From the IMG/VR virus record IMGVR_UViG_3300027688_000004: a stretch of DNA of 20,000 bases, one strand, 5' to 3'. A program made the position numbers and the translations under genes. Origin of the DNA: an uncultured virus (IMG/VR IMGVR_UViG_3300027688_000004). Taxonomy: Duplodnaviria > Heunggongvirae > Uroviricota > Caudoviricetes. Positions 9,123 through 15,860 of this stretch are shown here, piece after piece. The notes beneath the pieces are model-generated. The model was not told the DNA's origin, made no database searches, and saw nothing but the letters and a program-made list of their open reading frames with translations. How positions within the stretch are numbered: position 1 is the stretch's first letter; the number at the start of each line of letters is the position of its first letter.

Positions 9123-9925
9123 TACCTGCTGACCTTGATGATGGCTTCACTGTTGAGATGCCCTCGGGCCTGTTCTGCCGCCCAATGCTTTGGGGAGACA
9201 GACAGGCCCTGCGAGACGATATTGTGGATATGCCGCATCGCTCGGTACAGAGAGTTCTCTCTCCGCCCTACACGATGGGGCGGGTTGCGGAGGGGAACGA
9301 GCGGGCTGCTATCCAGCAAGTGTTGGGGTACACCGTGACAGAAGAGAATCGAGACTTTCAGGCTCTGTCGGATTCAGCAGACATACACGTCCGGCTGAAT
9401 ACGGGGATGAGCCTTCTCAACTGCAGTCAGTGCAAGGCGGTTTCGGTAGACCACCGGGACGGGTCAGTATATGACGGGGCAAGCGGGAGGCCGACCGCTC
9501 TCCCTCCGGGGACCTTAGTCCCGTGTGAGACCCACCAAGGGTGCATTAAAGGCCACCACTCCGCCCCCCTCGGGCTGTCAAACCCAAGGTGGGCCAAGAC
9601 TTGGTCACATTACTGGAAGTACAGAGACTCTCGACAATTCGCACTAAGCAGTGACCCAATCTTTCGTAGGAACCGGGTACTTTTGGATTGGATAATTGAT
9701 TATGGACGAGATCTCAGATTTGATCCGTTTATTGGCGGAGGCACCGGCGGAAGAAGCCCCGATGTTTCGGCCGAAGGAGTTCTTGGACAGGCTGGCGTTA
9801 GAGAAGGTAGCACAGGAGGGGATCCGCCCGGAAGGACCTGCCGTACCAGACGCGGATGCAAAATCAAACGAGTCCCTGACAGGGACGCCCTCGAAGTTCA
9901 ATCTATCCCCGCCGGGGGAGCATAA
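9119..9925 (+). CDS. Putative tail assembly chaperone with Cys/His (Zn-binding-like) motif
   Basis: ATGA-coupled directly after the tube gene. Motif CSQC...PCETHQGCIKGH. The last ~74 codons overlap the next gene. Confidence 0.5.
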   Translation: MIPADLDDGFTVEMPSGLFCRPMLWGDRQALRDDIVDMPHRSVQRVLSPPYTMGRVAEGNERAAIQQVLGYTVTEENRDFQALSDSADIHVRLNTGMSLLNCSQCKAVSVDHRDGSVYDGASGRPTALPPGTLVPCETHQGCIKGHHSAPLGLSNPRWAKTWSHYWKYRDSRQFALSSDPIFRRNRVLLDWIIDYGRDLRFDPFIGGGTGGRSPDVSAEGVLGQAGVREGSTGGDPPGRTCRTRRGCKIKRVPDRDALEVQSIPAGGA

Positions 9926-10643
9926 CCCAGCGAACCCTACCCCTGCACCAATGCAGGTTGGAGCGGCCGCCAGCCCAACCACTGGAATGCCTGAGATCGG
10001 GATGCCCGTGCGGGCATACACTACCGAGGCATTCAGGGGGACGGTTGCCGCCCCAAGGACCCTAGACGCTATCGCGGGGACAGTTGCCGCCCCAAGGACC
10101 CTAGACGCTATCGCGGGGATGCCAGCTTCACCCCGAGAAGCGGGGGACAAGGTCGGGGCAGCAAATCCCGCCCCTGACCCTGTGCCCACGCAGGTTGGCG
10201 CGGTTGCTAACCCAAACCCCGGGATGCCTGAGATTGGAATGGCTGTGCGGGCATACACGACCGAGACATTTATTGGGATGGTTGCTACCCCAAAGATCCT
10301 AGACGCTATCGCGGGGATGCCCGCTACCCCAAAGATCCTAGACGCTATTGCAGGGATGCCCGCTTCTCCGCGAGAAGCGGGAGACCGGATCGGGGTAGCG
10401 AACCCAACCCCCCGTTCGGAAGTAACCATCACGATACCCCCGGCTTTCCCGATGGACCCAAAAGAGGCTTTCTCTATGGTAGACGAGCAGCTATCATTGC
10501 CTCCGCAGCAAGAACCAAAAGAGTTCCGGGAGATACGTGCGAACACGGAAGATCTGGTGCTGGAATCAACGGAGGCTTTAGTTGCAAGGTCTTACCAAAC
10601 CCTCGAAGGTGCTCGGTCAGATATAGACAGGTGGTCGCTGTGA
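9702..10643 (+). CDS. Pro/Ala-rich nested-repeat protein in tape-measure position (313 aa)
   Basis: ATG at 9702 (the track uses TTG 9696). In-frame 39-nt and 237-nt repeats with many third-position differences. GTGA overlap with the next gene. Confidence 0.75.
   Translation: MDEISDLIRLLAEAPAEEAPMFRPKEFLDRLALEKVAQEGIRPEGPAVPDADAKSNESLTGTPSKFNLSPPGEHNPANPTPAPMQVGAAASPTTGMPEIGMPVRAYTTEAFRGTVAAPRTLDAIAGTVAAPRTLDAIAGMPASPREAGDKVGAANPAPDPVPTQVGAVANPNPGMPEIGMAVRAYTTETFIGMVATPKILDAIAGMPATPKILDAIAGMPASPREAGDRIGVANPTPRSEVTITIPPAFPMDPKEAFSMVDEQLSLPPQQEPKEFREIRANTEDLVLESTEALVARSYQTLEGARSDIDRWSL
9930..10412 (+). repeat. Nested coding repeat: 2 x 237 nt (79 aa), each containing 2 x 39 nt (13 aa)
   Basis: GMPEIGM codons start at 9984 and 10221 (237 nt apart). 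GTVAAPRTLDAIA starts at 10038 and 10077. The second block has GMVATPKILDAIA / GMPATPKILDAIA. Confidence 0.95.
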
Positions 10644-11401
10644 TCTATAAGTACGGCTCCTACTCCCATGACCAAGACGAGGTCATGGTACGCACCTCGA
10701 TCCAAGGGATCTTCGACCGGTTCAATCGCCGCATGGGCGGCACTGTCGAGCACACCATCGTTGGCGTGAAGAAAGTTGCGGACAATGTTAACCCTTTGGT
10801 CACGCAGGCGAATCTTACCACCGCGCTTCAGGCCCTTACCGCGGCGTACGACACCGACTACAACGACTTCGGACTCTACCTGAACGACGGGGCAACGCCG
10901 ACTGAGCACCAGGTGCTTAACTCTTCGACCTTCGGCGGTACAAAGGTAATGGTTAAGCCTTCCTTTATGAACGGCCCTTGGGGTGGGCGGATCGAGTACC
11001 TGAACCGCCGTATGTACTATATCGTGCTTCGCGCCGAGATCCGCATTGGATCCGGTCTGTACAGCTGGAACGAGAGACTAACTATTCGCGGGACTGGAAG
11101 TCCGAAGTGGAGGTACAGCCCTCAAGAAAATGGGTTTCCTCAAGTACAGACTTTGCAGACCGCCACCACGTTCTGGTATGTTCAAGAAGGGGAGTGCGTT
11201 GGCAGGCAAGACTGGGAGCCTCCAGCAGACCCGCTATTCCCGATCATAGAGCACGGAGAGATGAGGGTACGCACATTCGAGACTGCTAAGGATGTGGTGG
11301 TCGGCGGTCAGGAGATGTTTGCCTCGTCGTGGAAGTACTTCATGGAAGCCTCTCTGGACCAAGGCTTCAACGCTTTAATGGTCCCATCGGTGAACGCATA
11401 A
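10640..11401 (+). CDS. Putative distal tail (Dit-like) protein
   Basis: GTG at 10640 overlaps the upstream TGA (GTGA); the track start is 10631. Begins IYKYGSYSH and is beta-rich. Call is by position after the tape-measure slot. Confidence 0.45.
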   Translation: MIYKYGSYSHDQDEVMVRTSIQGIFDRFNRRMGGTVEHTIVGVKKVADNVNPLVTQANLTTALQALTAAYDTDYNDFGLYLNDGATPTEHQVLNSSTFGGTKVMVKPSFMNGPWGGRIEYLNRRMYYIVLRAEIRIGSGLYSWNERLTIRGTGSPKWRYSPQENGFPQVQTLQTATTFWYVQEGECVGRQDWEPPADPLFPIIEHGEMRVRTFETAKDVVVGGQEMFASSWKYFMEASLDQGFNALMVPSVNA

Positions 11402-13032
11402 TGGCTTGGTCATTTCCTGGAGTGAGCTACCCTGTTGAGCTGATTTACACTCAGACGCTCGGATTCCAACCAGACATCGTACTCATGCGTAGCTTACCGC
11501 AGAGCGGGGCGGTGCCAATTGAGGGGACGGTGACTCTGACATGGGGTGCAGTCACTATAGCCCTCCCTAACTGTGTAGTAGACCTCGGCTCAGTTAACCT
11601 GACAGATGACGGGAGGTTCCTGCTATTCAAAACCTTTGACCGGAGGGAGCGGTGGAAATTAGCTGCCCCACTTTCAGGAGAGTACAATACTATCCGAGCC
11701 GGGGCTTTTACCGCTGCTAGGCAGAGGACACTGCGACAGCTCGGTACGATTCTGATGACTGCTCTAGGGGAAGCGGGAGCGGATGTGTCTGTCCTGCCGA
11801 CGAACGTCTACCCTCCGGTATCGTGGGAGTGCGTAGGTGTAATTGAAGCAGCCCAGGCACTGTTTGAAGGGTACGGGTATTCGGTTGCTTTAGGGTTTGG
11901 CGCAGAGGCGGTTAAAGTCGTCCAGATGGGGACTGGTGCTGCCTTATCTACGGTAGACAAGTTCATAGGATCTGACACCCTCGACCCAAGGCTGAAGCCC
12001 CGGTATATCCGAAATTGCTTTGGTCCGTCAGTAGCACAGGTACGCCTAAAGCTAGAGGCGGTTGGACTGGACACCGACGATACTTGGAGGACGATAGACA
12101 CCCTGTCTTTTACTCCGGCAGGCGGATGGGCTTTGTCTGCACCGTACAGCCTGCCGAATTTAGATTCCCTAGAAGCCAATGGGTACGTCCGTAGAGCGTA
12201 CCGGGTCATGGGCTTCGCAGACGGTACGCTGACTATCCCGGATGGGTCCGGGGCCATCGCGGATGTCACGGATATACTGCCAATCCAAAACCGCCTATTG
12301 TTGACGGAGTCAACCCGTCCGGATTTATCATATCAACCATTTAAGGTTTACGGGAAGTACCACAAAGAGGAAGATGAGACAGGGGAGCCGCCAATTCCGG
12401 GAGGGGCTGATACGGTAATAGGGGATGAGGTTATCGGCAGGAGGATGAGCTTTGACGGGGAGAACGGGATCGTCATCTTCGAGGAACCGATCTGGTATGT
12501 AAATGCCGGAGCGTACTCTGCTGCAGACCTGTGGTTGGAAGTTACGATTCAGATCCGACACGCTACTAATTTTTCTTGGAAGCACTATGAGTACGACAAG
12601 GAGGTCTCACCGACCTCTGTCGGGTACCATACCGTTCGACACGAGCAGCGGGCAGAAACGGTGGTCGCATATAACACCAGTCACGTAGTCACTGGTTCAT
12701 CAAACAATCAGGCGGCTCTTAACGCCTTGGGAGACGCTTGGGCGACAATGGTGGCGGCAACTTACGCCACTGCGTCCTCCCAGCACATCGTCTACTGCGC
12801 CCCAAAATTGGCACTGAGATGTGACGGGGCGATCATTCAGGTCCAGCACATAATGACCTGCGGAGAGCTTGGACACGCCGTGAATCGAACCACGGCATCC
12901 CGAAACTTCGAGTTCGACCGGGGTATACCCGCCAAGCGGCAACGTATCGCGTACCTTCAATCCTTGGCATCCGCCCCAAGAGTGGCTGCGGGGGAGTATA
13001 AGACTAGAAGGATGGTCAACGCCGATGACTGA
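11401..13032 (+). CDS. Putative baseplate hub / tail-tip protein (543 aa)
   Basis: TAATG coupling supports ATG 11401 rather than 11329. RTLRQLGTILMTALG...PPVSWE...AAQALFEGYGYSVAL and IIQVQHIM...TTAS resemble gp27/GpD-type hub organisation. Synteny fits. Confidence 0.5.
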   Translation: MAWSFPGVSYPVELIYTQTLGFQPDIVLMRSLPQSGAVPIEGTVTLTWGAVTIALPNCVVDLGSVNLTDDGRFLLFKTFDRRERWKLAAPLSGEYNTIRAGAFTAARQRTLRQLGTILMTALGEAGADVSVLPTNVYPPVSWECVGVIEAAQALFEGYGYSVALGFGAEAVKVVQMGTGAALSTVDKFIGSDTLDPRLKPRYIRNCFGPSVAQVRLKLEAVGLDTDDTWRTIDTLSFTPAGGWALSAPYSLPNLDSLEANGYVRRAYRVMGFADGTLTIPDGSGAIADVTDILPIQNRLLLTESTRPDLSYQPFKVYGKYHKEEDETGEPPIPGGADTVIGDEVIGRRMSFDGENGIVIFEEPIWYVNAGAYSAADLWLEVTIQIRHATNFSWKHYEYDKEVSPTSVGYHTVRHEQRAETVVAYNTSHVVTGSSNNQAALNALGDAWATMVAATYATASSQHIVYCAPKLALRCDGAIIQVQHIMTCGELGHAVNRTTASRNFEFDRGIPAKRQRIAYLQSLASAPRVAAGEYKTRRMVNADD

Positions 13033-13711
13033 GCGAGTAACTGGGGAGCACCGGACAACGACGAAGCTCGGTGATACTGTGAAGTGGGTGAACGTGGCGG
13101 GAATGTCCATCCCGGCGTATGGTGTCGTCCAGCTAAGTACCAACTACGCCGGAGGGCGAAGCCAAGCCACTCGGCCGACGAGCGGGACCGGACTGTTCTT
13201 TGTGAATGGGCCTGTCGCCGTAGCATCCACAAAGAAGGGCGAGGCCCTCCTGTGGAACCGGGCTCGGCTGGTACTGGTGAGCGGAGCCCCCACGGTCGGA
13301 GACGAAGTTGGGCCGGTTGCTGGGTCCTTCTCTATGTCCTCCAGCGGGGCGGGGTACCGCGTCTTCCATCAGGCGGTAGGCGGGGTGGCTGCGGTGCTGC
13401 AGATCGGCGGCGGCGGCGGCGGCACACACGAAATCTGGTTCACAATAATAAGTGTTGAATGTGTTTCACCGACTGAAATGATTTTGACCGTCCAGCCGAC
13501 TTGGTACACCGGCGGCTGCACGGCGGCAATTCCCGGTGAAGACTCCTATGGATATGTTGAAGTGGAAGATGTTTGTGAGATCCTGCTTTTCTACACGGCG
13601 GCGTGGCTGGTAGGCAAAACAGGCAGGGCTACATACATGTATCCCCGCACAGGAACATGTACTCCCAAGTGGTTGGTCGATACGATTTGCGGTACGCCGG
13701 AGTGCGCATAA
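13025..13711 (+). CDS. Putative tail-tip/spike-associated protein: beta-rich N-domain, Gly6 linker, Cys-containing C-domain
   Basis: Overlaps the upstream stop (ATGACTGA). All 6 Cys lie after the GGGGGG linker. Confidence 0.55.
   Translation: MTERVTGEHRTTTKLGDTVKWVNVAGMSIPAYGVVQLSTNYAGGRSQATRPTSGTGLFFVNGPVAVASTKKGEALLWNRARLVLVSGAPTVGDEVGPVAGSFSMSSSGAGYRVFHQAVGGVAAVLQIGGGGGGTHEIWFTIISVECVSPTEMILTVQPTWYTGGCTAAIPGEDSYGYVEVEDVCEILLFYTAAWLVGKTGRATYMYPRTGTCTPKWLVDTICGTPECA
13406..13423 (+). repeat. (GGC)6 microsatellite encoding a Gly6 linker
   Basis: Perfect GGC x6 at 13406-13423. Confidence 0.95.
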
Positions 13712-13712
13712 A

Positions 13713-15860
13713 ATGGGGCCGGAATTCTGGACACCTGACAAGCCATTTAAGCTGAAAAAGTGCAGCGAGAAGAAGTCTTCGCCATGCAGTACCGAGACAG
13801 GCGGCTGTTGTGCTGTAATACCGTGCGAATACTGTCTTGAATTTATTGTGGCAGGCAAAGCAACGCGGTACGGCTTAGCCACTGAATCTGGTGGCCACTG
13901 GTACGGCACGATTGCAGGCGGGTCTTTTCATGCGTATTGGGACTCGTACTGCACTTTTGTCGTCGAATTAGACGGCGAAGAAATTTTTGTTAGTGGATGC
14001 AGTGGTACTATCTCCTGTCGAGACGCAAGCTCTCAGGCGACGGTAACAATTTACCCCGACACAGGACAACTGAAGTGGATCAAGCGAGAGCATAGACCGT
14101 TACCACATGCAGAAGAAGAAGACAGTTACTGCAAAACATTCTTCTGCGGAACCTGCGACTGCACATGCGATGCGTTGTGTGTGCGTGTACTTCGCCCGAC
14201 ATACTTCGATCCTCCGCCAGAATTTGATCCGTATCTGTGTGAAGGGATGCTACCGATTTGTGGTATGTGTCCGGCAGTACCGACAGACTTTGATGTTCAT
14301 GGAGAGATACCAGACACGCAAACAGATCAATGCTTCGGCCCGGATTGGAAAGGCACTGTAGACGGTATCGTATTTTGGATAAAGCTACGACGTGGACCTT
14401 ACGGTGAGTGCATCCTGTCAGGGACAGCGGACGGAGAACAGATACCGGAAAAGATCATTACGGACTGCAAGTCAATATCACACTCATGGACAATGGCTGA
14501 CGGCACTTTCATTACGATTGCCTGTAAGGTGTGTGATTGTGAAAAAGATCCACCACCAGAGGTCAGTGATTGCTGCGACTCTGTTCCGTGCAAGTATTGT
14601 GTAACGCTCGCGTGCTACGGCGAAGATCCCATTACAGTTGAATCTGATTATCTAGGGGGTGGCTGGGGAGGTATAATTCTTGGCAATACGTTTTCTATGT
14701 ATTGGACTCGCGATTCATACGGCGAGTGCATCTTCGTTGTAGAATTTAACGGCGTAATTATTTATTCAAAAACAATAGCAGAAGGGCAATCATGCGAAGA
14801 CAATAGCGATTCGGTGGGTGTCGTAATCAATTACAGCGGCTGCACGCTGACGTGGATAAAGTATCAACCACGACCGATGAAGCAGTTTATTGATCCCGTG
14901 ACTTACGAGCAGAGTTCGTTCTGCGGCACAGCAGACTGCGTGTGCCCTGTATTGGTTGCAATTCTCGAAGTCGCTGATCCTTATTGTTGCAACGTCACTG
15001 GATCACTAACTGCTGGTGGCGATCCGTGCGATGCACCCAATTGGATAGGCACTTTGATTTGCAACGGAATCCCGTACCTTATCTCAATCCAGTTATCACG
15101 CGACAGTTACGGGGCATGTGTTCTTGGAGGCACTATAAATGGCGAGCAACTAACTGGAGGGGCATCGGGAAATTCTGCCAGTAGCGTAGGTGGTCTCGGT
15201 GGCGTTGAATTCCGCATGGCGGATGGCACGGTACTTCATGTGAGTTGTCAGATATGCCGAGACCTTACGGTTGAAGAAAAGTGTGTAACAGGGTGCTGTT
15301 GGCCGGTGGTATACAATTATTTGTACCCATGCGGATACAGAATTCCAGTCCCATTTGAAATCGTCTCTGCATGTGATTTGAATGGCCGCACTGGTGAATT
15401 TAATCCCGCTGGAGTATCAGACAGAGGGACGTGCGGATCATGCACGGCGGCACCTCCTGTGAGTATTGGACAGACAATGGGCTCAATTAAAATGCCATTG
15501 CCGGGCACGTCATACTGCAATGACACCCCGTGCTCCATACCTATTACGCTGGTGCTTGAGTGTACCGAGGAAGCCGTGTATGGGTTGCCAACATGTTGCG
15601 CTGGCTTCCGTTTGTGGGTAGGAACGACTGAGCGTTTTGTTGGCTGGACAGGTGCTGGGCCTTACGGCGGATCGACTTCGCTCTATTGGATTGAGGTGTT
15701 GCCAGCCTCCTGCACATGCGTCCCACTGACGTCGATTATTTTTAATGTCGTGCTTGAGCTAGACTGTCCGGAATTTCATATAGGGCCAGCGTGTGAAAAT
15801 CTTCCAAAAGACTGTTGTATTCCAATTTGCAACCCTCTCGCGTTCACGGTAGCTATATGA
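13713..15860 (+). CDS. Cys-rich (about 61 Cys in 715 aa) internally duplicated protein; putative tail fibre/receptor-binding protein
   Basis: Hand count of about 61 Cys (~8.5%). Two ~250-aa repeats start CCAVIPCEYC (13806) and CCDSVPCKYC (14571). No signal peptide. Sits at the end of the tail module. Confidence 0.7.
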   Translation: MGPEFWTPDKPFKLKKCSEKKSSPCSTETGGCCAVIPCEYCLEFIVAGKATRYGLATESGGHWYGTIAGGSFHAYWDSYCTFVVELDGEEIFVSGCSGTISCRDASSQATVTIYPDTGQLKWIKREHRPLPHAEEEDSYCKTFFCGTCDCTCDALCVRVLRPTYFDPPPEFDPYLCEGMLPICGMCPAVPTDFDVHGEIPDTQTDQCFGPDWKGTVDGIVFWIKLRRGPYGECILSGTADGEQIPEKIITDCKSISHSWTMADGTFITIACKVCDCEKDPPPEVSDCCDSVPCKYCVTLACYGEDPITVESDYLGGGWGGIILGNTFSMYWTRDSYGECIFVVEFNGVIIYSKTIAEGQSCEDNSDSVGVVINYSGCTLTWIKYQPRPMKQFIDPVTYEQSSFCGTADCVCPVLVAILEVADPYCCNVTGSLTAGGDPCDAPNWIGTLICNGIPYLISIQLSRDSYGACVLGGTINGEQLTGGASGNSASSVGGLGGVEFRMADGTVLHVSCQICRDLTVEEKCVTGCCWPVVYNYLYPCGYRIPVPFEIVSACDLNGRTGEFNPAGVSDRGTCGSCTAAPPVSIGQTMGSIKMPLPGTSYCNDTPCSIPITLVLECTEEAVYGLPTCCAGFRLWVGTTERFVGWTGAGPYGGSTSLYWIEVLPASCTCVPLTSIIFNVVLELDCPEFHIGPACENLPKDCCIPICNPLAFTVAI

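Noticed and set aside
10038..10360. 39-nt repeats as a CRISPR array
   Set aside because: The copies are directly adjacent with no unique spacers, are a multiple of 3, are in-frame in a CDS, and no cas genes are present.
9644..10546. 300-aa minus-strand ORF with repeats
   Set aside because: It is the antisense shadow of the repeat-rich + gene. GC-rich repeats lack stops, and all coupled genes are on +.
11329..11400. ORF-track upstream starts at 11329, 15815 and 18304
   Set aside because: They are off-frame extensions into the preceding genes. Coupled starts at 11401 (TAATG), 15857 (ATGA) and 18406 (ATGA) fit the operon pattern better.
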